Of a DNA stretch of 39,916 nucleotides, positions 16,284 to 25,725 are shown piece by piece (the stretch's first letter is position 1; every line of letters begins with the position of its first letter). The translations under genes were made by a program, and so were the position numbers. The notes below the pieces were generated by a model that was not told the origin of the DNA, searched no databases, and saw only the letters and a program-made list of their open reading frames with translations. Origin of the DNA: Candidatus Micrarchaeota archaeon (GTDB taxonomy: Archaea; Iainarchaeota; Iainarchaeia; Iainarchaeales; 1-14-0-10-31-34); assembly GCA_018829335.1 (NCBI GenBank), contig JAHJUD010000054.1:1-39916 (forward strand), written 5' to 3'.

Positions 16284-18029
16284 ATGATTAGAAAGCCGAT
16301 AATCACTGTATTAGGTCATGTTGATTCAGGAAAAACAAGTTTTCTTGACAGGATTAGAGGCACAAAAATTGTTGCAAAAGAAGCAGGAGCAATCACACAA
16401 CATATTGGAGCAACAGAAGTGCCGATAGAAATAGTAAAAGAAATGGCTGGCACTTTAACAAAAAAATATGGTTTTGAATTAAAAATTCCTGGATTGCTTT
16501 TTATTGACACTCCAGGACACCAAGCGTTTTCAAATTTAAGGAAAAGAGGAGGAAGCATTGCAGACTTGGCTGTATTAACAGTTGACGCAATAAAAGGATG
16601 TGAAAATCAGACATTAGAAGCAATAGATATACTCAAAGCATTTAAGGTTCCATTTATTATTGCAATGACAAAAATAGACAGACTGCAGGGCTGGGAATCG
16701 AAAAATTTAAGCTTTACAGAAAACAAAGAAAACCAAAGCAAAAATGTTTTAGAAGAATTAGACAGAAAATTGTATTGTATTGTAGGAGAAACACACAAAA
16801 AAGGATTTCAGACAGAAAGATTTGACAGAATAACAGATTTCACAAAAGAGGTTCCAATAATACCATTATGCAATAAAACAGGAGAAGGGTTTCCAGAAAT
16901 ATTAATGTTTCTTGCAGGATTAAGCCAAAGGTATTTAGAAAAAAAATTAACCATTGAAGTAAAAGGAAAAGGCAAAGGAACAATATTAGAAGTCAAAGAA
17001 GAAAAAGGCCTTGGAAAGACTATTGATGTAATTTTATACGACGGAACAATTCGAACAGGAGACAAAATATCTTTAGGAGGAAAAGAAGGAATCATTACAA
17101 CAAAAGTAAGAGCCTTGCTTTTGCCTAAACCATTAGATGAAATAAGGGCACCGCAAGAAAAATTTGATTCAGTTAAAGAAGTTCATGCAGCTTCAGGATT
17201 AAAGATTTCAGCGCCAAATCTAGAGCATGCATTGGCAGGCTCTCCTTTAAGAGTTGAAGCAGACGAAAAAGAAATTGAAGCAATAAAAAAAGAAATTCAG
17301 GAAGTAAAAATCGATTCAGAAGAAATCGGCCCAATAATTAAAACAGACACTTTAGGGTCATTAGAAGCAACAGTAAAACTGCTTGAAGAAAAAGGAATTA
17401 AAGTAAGAAAAGCAAATGTAGGAGAAGTTACAAGAAGAGATGTAATTGAAGCCGAAGGAGTAAAAGAAAAAGAAATAATAAAAGGAGTAATCCTTGCATT
17501 TAACACCAAAGTAAACGCTGATGCAAAAGAAGAAGCAAAAAAACACGAAATAAAAATTTTCAGTGAAAAAATAATTTATGCTTTAATTGAAAACTATGAG
17601 AAATGGATTCAAGAAGAAAAAGAAAAAGAGAAAAGAGAATTCCTTTCAGGGATTATACTGCCTGCAAAAATAAAATTAATGCCTGAAAATGTTTTCAGGA
17701 ACGCAAAACCAGTAATAATAGGAGTTAAAATACTTGAAGGAAAACTAAAAATTGGAACCCAGTTAATGAAAAAAGGAAAAATAATAGGAAAAGTTCAGGC
17801 AATACAAAATAAAGGAGAAGCAAAAGAAAAAGCAGAAAAAGGAGAAGAAGTTGCAATATCAATAAGTGATGCAGTATTAGGGAGAAGCATTGAAAAAGAC
17901 GATGAACTAATAAGTTTTATTCCAGAAAAACAAATAGAAAAACTGGAACAGTCCCAAGAAGTTTTAACCATCGGCGAAAAAGAACTACTCAAAAAAATAA
18001 AGGAATTGCAAAAAACAGGAGGCAATTAA
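16284..18029 (+). CDS. infB: Translation initiation factor aIF5B (IF-2)
   Basis: RKPIITVLGHVDSGKT, EAGAITQHIGAT, IDTPGH, DTLGSLEA. Confidence 0.97.
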   Translation: MIRKPIITVLGHVDSGKTSFLDRIRGTKIVAKEAGAITQHIGATEVPIEIVKEMAGTLTKKYGFELKIPGLLFIDTPGHQAFSNLRKRGGSIADLAVLTVDAIKGCENQTLEAIDILKAFKVPFIIAMTKIDRLQGWESKNLSFTENKENQSKNVLEELDRKLYCIVGETHKKGFQTERFDRITDFTKEVPIIPLCNKTGEGFPEILMFLAGLSQRYLEKKLTIEVKGKGKGTILEVKEEKGLGKTIDVILYDGTIRTGDKISLGGKEGIITTKVRALLLPKPLDEIRAPQEKFDSVKEVHAASGLKISAPNLEHALAGSPLRVEADEKEIEAIKKEIQEVKIDSEEIGPIIKTDTLGSLEATVKLLEEKGIKVRKANVGEVTRRDVIEAEGVKEKEIIKGVILAFNTKVNADAKEEAKKHEIKIFSEKIIYALIENYEKWIQEEKEKEKREFLSGIILPAKIKLMPENVFRNAKPVIIGVKILEGKLKIGTQLMKKGKIIGKVQAIQNKGEAKEKAEKGEEVAISISDAVLGRSIEKDDELISFIPEKQIEKLEQSQEVLTIGEKELLKKIKELQKTGGN

Positions 18030-18518
18030 ATGAATATAGTGTTAAGCGACCCAAAAACAGGAAAAGCATTTGGAAAAAAAGTAGAGGTTACGGCATTGTT
18101 TTTAAACAAAAGAATAGGAGAACAAGTCAAGCTTGATTCTCTTGGATTAGAAGGATTTGAAGCAAAAATTGCAGGCGGCAGCGACAAGCAAGGCTTTCCA
18201 ATGAGAAAAGATATTCCAGGAATGGCAAGAAAAAAGATTTTCATAAAAAAAGGAACCGGCTTTCACCCCCAAAGAAAAGGAGAAAGAAAAAAAGTAAGTG
18301 TTAGAGGCAACACAATAAGCGAAGAAATAGAACAAGTTAATTTAATCATCACAAAACAAGGAAACAAAAAATTAGAAGAACTTTTCGGAACAGAAAAAAA
18401 AGAACCAGAACAAGAAATAAGCGCAAAAGAAAAATTAGTGAAAGATTCACTTGAAAACGTCGGTAATGTTGAAATTGCAGGGGACGCAAAAGAAGCAAAA
18501 GGAAAAATAAGAAGGTAA
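18030..18518 (+). CDS. rps6e: 30S ribosomal protein eS6
   Basis: SDPKTGK, GGSDKQGFPMR.D, GERKKVSVRGNTI. Confidence 0.95.
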   Translation: MNIVLSDPKTGKAFGKKVEVTALFLNKRIGEQVKLDSLGLEGFEAKIAGGSDKQGFPMRKDIPGMARKKIFIKKGTGFHPQRKGERKKVSVRGNTISEEIEQVNLIITKQGNKKLEELFGTEKKEPEQEISAKEKLVKDSLENVGNVEIAGDAKEAKGKIRR

Positions 18519-18523
18519 AAAAA

Positions 18524-19720
18524 TTGAAGAAAGAACCAGAACAAGCAGAAGTAAACATTGGATTAATAGGCCATGTAGACCACGGAAAAACCTCAATAAC
18601 CCATGCATTAAGCGGCAAATGGACTGACACGCATTCAGAAGAACTAAAAAGAGGGATTTCCATTAGGTTAGGCTATGCAGATGCAGTATTCTATAAATGT
18701 CCTACCTGCAAAGGAGCAGAAGCATATACAACAAAAGAAACCTGCCCAAGCTGCGGAAAAAAAGCAAAAAAATTAAGGAAAGTAAGTTTTGTTGATGCTC
18801 CAGGACACGAAACATTAATGACTACAATGCTTTCAGGCGCAGCATTAATGCATGGCGCAATTTTAGTTATTGCAGCAAACGAATTCTGCCCGCAGCCAAG
18901 AACAAAAGAACATCTTATGGCATTAAAACTAAGCGGAATAAAAAACATTATAGTGGCACAAAACAAAATCGATTTAGTAGACAAAAAAAAAGCAATGGAA
19001 AACTATAACCAAATAGAAAACTTCCTTAAAGAATTTGATTACACAACAGAAATAATTCCTACTGCAGCACATTTTGGGACAAACATGGATTTACTGATTG
19101 AAGCAATAGAAAAACACATTCCTTCACCTAAAGTTGACTCAAAAGACGCAGTAAAAATGTATGTTGCAAGAAGCTTTGACATAAACAAGCCGGGCTCAAA
19201 ACCAAAAGAACTGGTTGGAGGAGTTTTAGGGGGAACAATAATTCAGGGAAAAATAAAAGAAGGAGACACACTTGAATTAAGCCCTGGAATAAATAACCAG
19301 AAAACAAAAATCAAAGCAACAGAATTAAATATTGCAGAAGGAAAAATAAAAGAAGCAACCCCTGGAGGATTAATTTCGATTAGAACATTACTTGACCCTA
19401 ATTTAACAAAAAACGACCAGATGAAAGGGAATATTATTGGAAAAATCGGAACCTTAGCTGAAGCCACAGCAGAAATAAAAATGAAAATAAATTACTTTAA
19501 AAGAGAAATAACAGACATTAACCCAGAAGTAAGGCAAGACGAAACAATTGTTTTAAGTGTAGGAACAGCAACAACAATAGGAAACATTATTTCAATAAAA
19601 AAAGACGAACTAGAAGTTGCATTAAAGGTTCCAATTACAGTGGAAAAAAACCAGAACGTTGCAGTAAGCAAAAAAGATGGAACCAGATGGAGATTAATTG
19701 CTTATGGGACAATCCAGTAA
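18524..19720 (+). CDS. eif2g: Translation initiation factor aIF2 gamma subunit
   Basis: VNIGLIGHVDHGKT, WTDTHSEELKRGISIRLGYA, Zn CxxC pairs, SFVDAPGHE, RSFDINKPG. Confidence 0.97.
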   Translation: MKKEPEQAEVNIGLIGHVDHGKTSITHALSGKWTDTHSEELKRGISIRLGYADAVFYKCPTCKGAEAYTTKETCPSCGKKAKKLRKVSFVDAPGHETLMTTMLSGAALMHGAILVIAANEFCPQPRTKEHLMALKLSGIKNIIVAQNKIDLVDKKKAMENYNQIENFLKEFDYTTEIIPTAAHFGTNMDLLIEAIEKHIPSPKVDSKDAVKMYVARSFDINKPGSKPKELVGGVLGGTIIQGKIKEGDTLELSPGINNQKTKIKATELNIAEGKIKEATPGGLISIRTLLDPNLTKNDQMKGNIIGKIGTLAEATAEIKMKINYFKREITDINPEVRQDETIVLSVGTATTIGNIISIKKDELEVALKVPITVEKNQNVAVSKKDGTRWRLIAYGTIQ

Positions 19721-20084
19721 AGTTGTATTAGACACAAACATGCTTTTGGCAGTAGGAGAACTAAAAATAGATGTTTTTTCAGGAATAGAAAAAGAAATCG
19801 GAAAAACAGAATTTTTTGTGCCGGAAGAAGTCATTCAGGAATTAAAAAAATTAAAAGAAGAAAACAAGACAAAAAAAAAACACGCAGTAATAGCAGAAAA
19901 ATTAATTGAAAAAAAATGTGTTGTGCTGGAAGGAAAAGGCAAAAACGCAGATAAAAAAATGATTGAACTTGCTAAAAAAGGATTTATAATTGCAACAAAC
20001 GACAAGGAATTACGGAAAAAAATAAAAAGCCAAGGGTTTAAGACAGCGTTCGTAAGGCAAAAAAAGGTTATTGTTGTTGAATAA
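19704..20084 (+). CDS. PIN-domain nuclease (Fcf1/Utp24-like)
   Basis: VVLDTNML, V..EL, AD, IATNDKEL; conserved location between aIF2gamma and rpoE. Confidence 0.9.
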   Translation: MGQSSKVVLDTNMLLAVGELKIDVFSGIEKEIGKTEFFVPEEVIQELKKLKEENKTKKKHAVIAEKLIEKKCVVLEGKGKNADKKMIELAKKGFIIATNDKELRKKIKSQGFKTAFVRQKKVIVVE

Positions 20085-20099
20085 TAAAGGAGGAAGAAA

Positions 20100-20717
20100 A
20101 TGTACGCAATAATTTCAATGAAAGACACTGTAAGAGTGCCGCCAAAAGAATTTGGCGGAAAATTAGATGAAGCAATCAAAAAAATACTCAAAGAAGAATA
20201 CGAAGGAATAGTAGATGAAAGCGTAGGCGTAATAGTCGCAGTATTAGAAGTGGAAAAAGTAGGCCAAGGAAAAGTTGTGCCAGGAGACGGTTCAGCATAT
20301 TATGAATCACAATACAAAGCCCTTGTTTATAAGCCAGAAATAAAAGAAATAGTTGAAGGCGCAATAACAGAAATAACAGAATTCGGCGCATTTGTAAGAA
20401 CAGGCCCAATAGAAGGATTAATTCACGTAAGCCAAATAATGAATGATTACATTAATTATGACGCAAAAGGGCCAGGATTTATAGGAAAAGAATCAGGCAA
20501 AAAATTAGGATTAGAAGACCAAGTAACTGCAAGAATTGTAACCTGCTCTCTGAAAGGAAACATTCCAAACTCAAAATTAGGTTTAACCATGAGGCAGCCA
20601 GGATTAGGAAAAGAAGAATGGCTTGCAGTAGACTTAAAGAAAAAAGAAAAACAAAAAAAAGCAAAAGAAGAAACAAAAAAACCAGAAAAAAAAGAGGAAA
20701 AAAGAAAAAAGAAATAA
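20100..20717 (+). CDS. rpoE1: DNA-directed RNA polymerase subunit Rpo7 (E')
   Basis: DTVRVPP..FG, PGDGSAYY, FGAFV..GPIEGLIHVSQI, GLTMRQPGLGK.EW. Confidence 0.97.
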   Translation: MYAIISMKDTVRVPPKEFGGKLDEAIKKILKEEYEGIVDESVGVIVAVLEVEKVGQGKVVPGDGSAYYESQYKALVYKPEIKEIVEGAITEITEFGAFVRTGPIEGLIHVSQIMNDYINYDAKGPGFIGKESGKKLGLEDQVTARIVTCSLKGNIPNSKLGLTMRQPGLGKEEWLAVDLKKKEKQKKAKEETKKPEKKEEKRKKK

Positions 20718-20737
20718 TTAAGAGAGGAGTTGGTTGA

Positions 20738-20932
20738 ATGGGAAAAGGAAAAGCATGCAGGGACTGCAGGAAAGTAATAGAAGAAGGAGACAAATGCCCT
20801 AACTGCGGAAGCACAAGCTTTACTACTTTCTGGAGAGGATATGTTGTAATAACAAACCCGGAAAAATCAGAGATAGCAAAAAAAATGGGAATTACAACAA
20901 CAGGAAAACATGCATTAAGGTTAAGCAGATAA
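20738..20932 (+). CDS. spt4: Transcription elongation factor Spt4 (RpoE'')
   Basis: KACRDC...CPNCGS...W.G.V.I..PEKS.IA. Confidence 0.95.
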   Translation: MGKGKACRDCRKVIEEGDKCPNCGSTSFTTFWRGYVVITNPEKSEIAKKMGITTTGKHALRLSR

Positions 20933-20957
20933 AAAAACAACAAAAAGAGGAGATACA

Positions 20958-21320
20958 ATGAAAGTCGAAATAACAAACAAAAAAAGCAATCCATTGCTTT
21001 CAAGAGAAGAAATAGAATTTAAAGTAACTGAAATAAATGTCACCCCAAAAATAGCTGATTTAAAGGCAAAAATTTCTTCAATGATTGAATCAGAAACTGA
21101 ATCAACAGTAATAACTGAAATAAAACAAAATTTTGGTTCAAAAGACTGCATTGGAAAAGCAAGAGCATACAAAACCAAAGAAAAAATGAAAGAAATTGAA
21201 TTAGAATATGTTATTGGAAGAAACTTCAGCGAAGACAAAGAAAGAATAAAAAAAATAAAACAAGAAAAAAAGGCATTAAAAGAAAAAAAGAAACTTGAAA
21301 GCAAGAAAAAGAAAAAATAA
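20958..21320 (+). CDS. rps24e: 30S ribosomal protein eS24
   Basis: NPLLSREEI.F, TP, FG....G.A.AY. Confidence 0.92.
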   Translation: MKVEITNKKSNPLLSREEIEFKVTEINVTPKIADLKAKISSMIESETESTVITEIKQNFGSKDCIGKARAYKTKEKMKEIELEYVIGRNFSEDKERIKKIKQEKKALKEKKKLESKKKKK

Positions 21321-21476
21321 GAAAAAAAATCAACCAGCAAAAATTAGAAAAAATCAGGTCTAAAAAAACAAAAAGAAATTAAATAAAAAAGAAAAAAGAA
21401 ATTAAAAGAAAAACTGGAAAAAAAACAAAAGAAATTCAGGAAAAAAATTACAAAAAAACTTTAAAGTGGTGAAATA

Positions 21477-21671
21477 ATGGCAAAAAAAAAGAAAAAAAAG
21501 AGCCCAAGAATGAAAAAATCAGCAAAATATGAAGTAAAAGACGGACTGAAAAGAAAAAGCAAGTTTTGCCCTAAATGCGGGCCTGGAATTTTTCTGGCAG
21601 AACACAAAGGAAGAGAATACTGCGGAAAATGCTCTTACACTGAATGGAACAAAAAAGGGGAACAAAAATAA
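21477..21671 (+). CDS. rps27ae: 30S ribosomal protein eS31 (S27ae)
   Basis: [22 protein letters not shown]. Confidence 0.96.
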   Translation: MAKKKKKKSPRMKKSAKYEVKDGLKRKSKFCPKCGPGIFLAEHKGREYCGKCSYTEWNKKGEQK

Positions 21672-22207
21672 TTGAAAAAATTATTCAAATAGTCTTTCTG
21701 GATTTGCTTCTTGTTTTTCTTCCATTAATTTACTTTTACAGAAAAAACCATTCAATAAAAGACTCATTCAAGGAACTTGGAATAAAAAAAATTCAAATAA
21801 AAGAATTAATAAAAAAATCAGTTAATTTAATTGGAATATTGCTTGCAATCGCTTTTTTGATTTCAATTGCAAGCACTTTAATTGGAGTCAATGACTTAAA
21901 TAAAGTTAATGAAGCAGTTCAGGCAATAAGCACAACAAGCCCTGCATTATTATTTTATTATCTGACTATAAGGGTTTTTTCAGAAGAAATTTTCTTTAGG
22001 GGATTTTTAGTAAAAAAAACAGGCGTGCTTTTTTCTTCACTGATTTTTGGCTTGGCACATTTATTATATGGTTCAATAATTGAAATAATAGGGGCTTTTA
22101 TTGCAGGACTCTTTTTAGCTTATTTCTATCAAAAAAACAATAACCTGCTTCCAAATATTATAGGGCACATGATGTATAATGCAATAACTTTAGCTTTGGT
22201 GTTTTAA
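21644..22207 (+). CDS. CPBP (Abi / type II CAAX) family intramembrane glutamic endopeptidase
   Basis: [15 protein letters not shown] motifs with TM helices. Confidence 0.9.
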   Translation: MEQKRGTKIIEKIIQIVFLDLLLVFLPLIYFYRKNHSIKDSFKELGIKKIQIKELIKKSVNLIGILLAIAFLISIASTLIGVNDLNKVNEAVQAISTTSPALLFYYLTIRVFSEEIFFRGFLVKKTGVLFSSLIFGLAHLLYGSIIEIIGAFIAGLFLAYFYQKNNNLLPNIIGHMMYNAITLALVF

Positions 22208-22785
22208 TGGAAAAAATCCAGGTAAAAACTGCAGTTTTTGTGCTGAAAAAAAACGGAATAATAATTTATCCAACAGAAACAAGCTATGGAATAGGCTGCA
22301 TGGTTTCAGATATTGACTCGATTAAAAGAATTAGAAGAATCAAAAAAGACAGAAAAAAGCCTTTTTTAATTCTTGTTTCATCAAAAAAAATGGCAAAAGA
22401 ATACGCTGAAATTAATTCTGAAGCAGAAAAATTAATTGATGGGTTCAAAGGACATTTAACTCTTATTGTTCCTGCAAAAGAAAAAATTCCTTCAGAGGTA
22501 AGCAAAAAAACAATTGCCTTAAGGATTTCATCTAACGAGACTGCAAATGCAATAGTTGAAGGAATAAATGAACCAATTATTTCAACCAGCGCAAACTTAA
22601 CAGGAAAAAAGCCTATTTATTCTTTTAATGAAGCGGTCAAAGTTTTTGGAAAAAAAGTTGATTTTATTTTAGATGCAGGAAAATTAGAAGAAAAAAAGCC
22701 AAGTACGATTTATGATGTGGAAGAAAAAAAAATTGTAAGGCAGGGAGAAATTTCAGAAAAAGAAATACGAAAAGCTTTGGGTTAA
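22207..22785 (+). CDS. tsaC: L-threonylcarbamoyladenylate synthase (YrdC/TsaC domain only)
   Basis: YPTETSYGIG, IK.R.KP, TIALRI, STSANLTG, PSTI. Confidence 0.93.
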   Translation: MEKIQVKTAVFVLKKNGIIIYPTETSYGIGCMVSDIDSIKRIRRIKKDRKKPFLILVSSKKMAKEYAEINSEAEKLIDGFKGHLTLIVPAKEKIPSEVSKKTIALRISSNETANAIVEGINEPIISTSANLTGKKPIYSFNEAVKVFGKKVDFILDAGKLEEKKPSTIYDVEEKKIVRQGEISEKEIRKALG

Positions 22786-23492
22786 ACCTGAAATTCTATT
22801 TTGCGGTTAGCTTCATCCAGAATAAAGTAAGTTATGTTTCCGCCGCAAAATTTTTCCACTAAGTCCTTCAGCTCTTTTATGGCAGATTCAACTTCTTCTC
22901 TTGTAACAGGATCCAATCCTTCAATGACCAGAATGCAGTTTTTTGTTTCTTCAGTTAATTTTGTCCTGTCTGCTTCCCTCCAGTTCCATCTCCTGCAGAC
23001 AGCAGAAATTGCATCTTTGTAAATAACTTCGCCTTCCTTCGGAAGCCTTTCTTCTTTTTCTCCTAAAAGCAAAACAAGCGCTTCAGTTGTTCCTGCAAAA
23101 GTTAAAGTAATATAATCTTTAACCTTGTCCAAGTCTTCTCCTCCTACAGGAAGCAAGTGCTTTAAAGAAATGAAATTATAAATATCAACAAGTTTGTTTA
23201 TGTGCCTTAAATCATTGCCGTTCAAAACTAACCTATACAAACTTTCAACAGAAGATTTATTCTTTTTTGGTTTTCCTCCAAAAACAGAATAAGCTTTCCT
23301 CCATACTTCAATTTTAGGGTTCTGAGACAAAGTTTCAGTGTTAAAGTTTGACCTTATTTCTTTTTCTTTTTCACTGACCATACTCTGAATTTCTTCAGGG
23401 TTGCCTTTATTGTCAGCATTTTTTACTAATAATACCCCAACAGCCAAGCCGCCGAATTTTTCAAAAATTTGTTCATCTATTTCAAACTTCAT
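22782..23492 (-). CDS. Stand-alone B3/B4 (PheRS beta editing-like) domain protein
   Basis: True start MKFEI at 23492; WRKAY..FG, SSVESL, INKLVDIYNFISL...PVGGEDLD, GEVIY.D, CRRWNWRE. Confidence 0.88.
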   Translation of the reverse strand: MKFEIDEQIFEKFGGLAVGVLLVKNADNKGNPEEIQSMVSEKEKEIRSNFNTETLSQNPKIEVWRKAYSVFGGKPKKNKSSVESLYRLVLNGNDLRHINKLVDIYNFISLKHLLPVGGEDLDKVKDYITLTFAGTTEALVLLLGEKEERLPKEGEVIYKDAISAVCRRWNWREADRTKLTEETKNCILVIEGLDPVTREEVESAIKELKDLVEKFCGGNITYFILDEANRKIEFQV

Positions 23493-23521
23493 ATAAAAAC
23501 GTATTTGCATAAAATATAAAT

Positions 23522-24511
23522 ATGATTTGCCTTGCCTTTGAAAGCACCGCGCATACCTTTGGCTGCGGAATCGTCTCTGATGAAAAAAACAAATGCAGAA
23601 TTCTTGCAAACACAAAAAAAAGTTACATAAAAGAAGATTCAGTTGGAATTCATCCAAGGGAAGCCGCAGACTTTCATTATGCAAATGCAATAAATGTATT
23701 GGATAATGCATTAGAAAAAGCTAATTTAAAAATTGAAGAAATTGACCTGATTAGTTATTCAATCGGGCCGGGACTTGGAAACTGTTTGAAAGTAGGCGCA
23801 GTAATGGCAAGAACTCTTTCTCTTCTGCATAATAAGCCTTTGGTTGGGGTAAACCACTGCATTGCACATATTGAAATCGGAAAAAAATTAACTAAAGCAA
23901 GAGATCCAATAACCTGTTATGCTTCTGGAGCAAACACTCAAATAATTGGATTAGAAAAAAAAAGATACAGGATTTTCGGGGAAACTCTTGATATAGGAAT
24001 AGGGAATTTTCTTGATGTGTTTGGAAGGGAAATTAATTTAGGTTTTCCTGCAGGGCCAAAAATGGATGAAATGTACTTTACAGGAAAAGAATTAATTACA
24101 CTGCCTTATACTGTCAAAGGAATGGATTTAGCTTTTTCCGGCCTGCTGACTGCAGGAAAAAAAATGATTGGAAAAGAAAAACAAAGTGATTTAGTTTTTA
24201 GTTTAATGCATAATGCTTTTGCAATGCTTACTGAAGTAACTGAAAGGGCTTTAGCCCATACAGGAAAAAAAGAGGTTTTGCTTACAGGAGGCGTAGCTTC
24301 AAGCAATGCTTTAAGGGAAATGATGAAAGAAATGTGCAAACAAAGAAAAGCAAAATTTTTTGTTCCAGAAAGAAGTGTCTGTGTAGACAATGCAGCAATG
24401 ATAAGCTGGCTTGGAATTTTGATGTATAAAAGCGGGATTGCAACAAAAATAAGTGAAAGCAGAATTCTGCCTAAACAGAGAACTGACCAGATTGAAGTTA
24501 TTTGGAAATAA
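23522..24511 (+). CDS. kae1: KEOPS t6A transferase Kae1
   Basis: ESTAHT, GIHPREAA..H, GPGLG, VNHCIAHIEIG, SGANTQ, GETLDIGIGN, DNAAMI. Confidence 0.97.
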   Translation: MICLAFESTAHTFGCGIVSDEKNKCRILANTKKSYIKEDSVGIHPREAADFHYANAINVLDNALEKANLKIEEIDLISYSIGPGLGNCLKVGAVMARTLSLLHNKPLVGVNHCIAHIEIGKKLTKARDPITCYASGANTQIIGLEKKRYRIFGETLDIGIGNFLDVFGREINLGFPAGPKMDEMYFTGKELITLPYTVKGMDLAFSGLLTAGKKMIGKEKQSDLVFSLMHNAFAMLTEVTERALAHTGKKEVLLTGGVASSNALREMMKEMCKQRKAKFFVPERSVCVDNAAMISWLGILMYKSGIATKISESRILPKQRTDQIEVIWK

Positions 24512-24524
24512 AAAAGAAGGGAAT

Positions 24525-25085
24525 TTAATTCCCTAATAAAGTTTCAATTACTGCCTTAAATTCTTTTTCTTCTGAAACAAGGTCTTTTGAACTTTCAAAA
24601 CCGTTTCCTACTCTAGAGTATTTACAGCCAAACACAAAAGTTGGAATTGTGGCTTTTGGATTAAATTCCCTGTAAATTGCAGTTTCTGAATCAGGAACAA
24701 CTGTTTCAACTTCTTCAGTTAAAGTATTGTCGCCTGTGTCTAGTTCCCAATGATATGCAATAATTTTTCCTGAATCAACATATTCTTTTACAACTGAATC
24801 AAAAGTGTCTTTAATCCAAACACAGTGAGGACACCAAGTAGTGGAAAACAACCTTATCACAGGTTTTCCGTCTTCAAGGCAAGCTGAACCATCTTTTGCA
24901 GAAAAAGTTTTTATTTCAGCGGTTTCTTTTGTTCCCAAATCATCTGTTGTTGTGGAATCATTTCCAGTCAAATCATCTTGTTTTATCTGAACGTTGCCAG
25001 TGTTTTTGTTTTCCTGCTGAACTGTATTAGCCAAACAACCTGAAATCAATACAAACAAAACTAACCCAATAATTAAATGCTTCAA
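24525..25085 (-). CDS. Thioredoxin-fold lipoprotein (CPHC)
   Basis: TTG start at 25085 after GGGTGA; signal KHLIIGLVLFVLISG-C; FSTTWCPHC and IPTFV cis-Pro loop. Confidence 0.85.
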   Translation of the reverse strand: MKHLIIGLVLFVLISGCLANTVQQENKNTGNVQIKQDDLTGNDSTTTDDLGTKETAEIKTFSAKDGSACLEDGKPVIRLFSTTWCPHCVWIKDTFDSVVKEYVDSGKIIAYHWELDTGDNTLTEEVETVVPDSETAIYREFNPKATIPTFVFGCKYSRVGNGFESSKDLVSEEKEFKAVIETLLGN

Positions 25086-25248
25086 TATATCACCCAAAAA
25101 AATTAGTTGTGAAGTCATTAAAAAACATCCTGAAAAAAACAAGAAAACCTTAACACAAACGCGTTTTTACCTCTAAAAAAAGCAAGGGTTTAAATATAGA
25201 TTTTACTTTAATTAATTGTTAATTTTAATTTTTTAGGAGGAAAAAATT

Positions 25249-25404
25249 ATGGCAGTAAAAAAACCTTTTGGCGGATACACAATATGTTTTAAGGGATGTA
25301 CAGATTCAATGGAGAAAGTTTTTGGTTCAGGAAAAATCACTCCAAGCGAAATGACCAAAGCAATCTGGAAGTACATTAAAGGCAAAAAATTGTCTTCAAA
25401 ATAA
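25249..25404 (+). CDS. 51-aa SWIB/MDM2-like small basic protein (not in ORF track)
   Basis: MAVKKPFGGYTICFKGCTDSMEKVFGSGKITPSEMTKAIWKYIKGKKLSSK; AGGAGG SD, TTTAAATA TATA at ~25188, long T tract downstream. Confidence 0.75.
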   Translation: MAVKKPFGGYTICFKGCTDSMEKVFGSGKITPSEMTKAIWKYIKGKKLSSK

Positions 25405-25410
25405 AATAAC

Positions 25411-25457
25411 TGTTTTTTAGGGATTTTTTCCCTTTCTTTTTCTTTTTTTCTTTTTTA
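25411..25457 (+). terminator. Oligo-T archaeal intrinsic terminator
   Basis: Several T runs (T4-T7) plus a small AGGGA/TCCCT hairpin immediately after the 25249-25404 stop. Confidence 0.6.
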
Positions 25458-25548
25458 TACACCTTGTTTTTCGCTGTTTTTAAAGAACACAAATATTTAA
25501 AAAAATTAAGGTTTAGGAGTATTTTAGTTTATTTGCGAGGAAAACAAA

Positions 25549-25725
25549 ATGAAAGTCAAATGCGCTAAATGCGAAGAACCTTTTGAAATAGATCCTGAAA
25601 TATACGAAGAAGGGGATTCAGTTGAATGCCCTGCGTGCGGGGTAGAATTATTTGTTGCAAGAAAAGGCAAAAAAATAAATGTAGTTGAAACATTTGAAGA
25701 AGAAGATTCAGAAGGCTGGGATTAA
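25549..25725 (+). CDS. 58-aa LysW-like zinc-ribbon protein (not in ORF track)
   Basis: MKVKCAKCEEPFEIDPEIYEEGDSVECPACGVELFV...EEEDSEGWD; two CxxC motifs, acidic tail, GAGG SD. Confidence 0.75.
   Translation: MKVKCAKCEEPFEIDPEIYEEGDSVECPACGVELFVARKGKKINVVETFEEEDSEGWD

Noticed and set aside
16284-18029. Inteins in aIF5B (a known intein host)
   Set aside because: Normal length (581 aa) with no intein splice motifs or insertion.
23493-23711. 73-aa N-terminal extension of the B3/B4 ORF in the ORF track
   Set aside because: It overlaps kae1 on the opposite strand; family similarity begins at MKFEI (23492).
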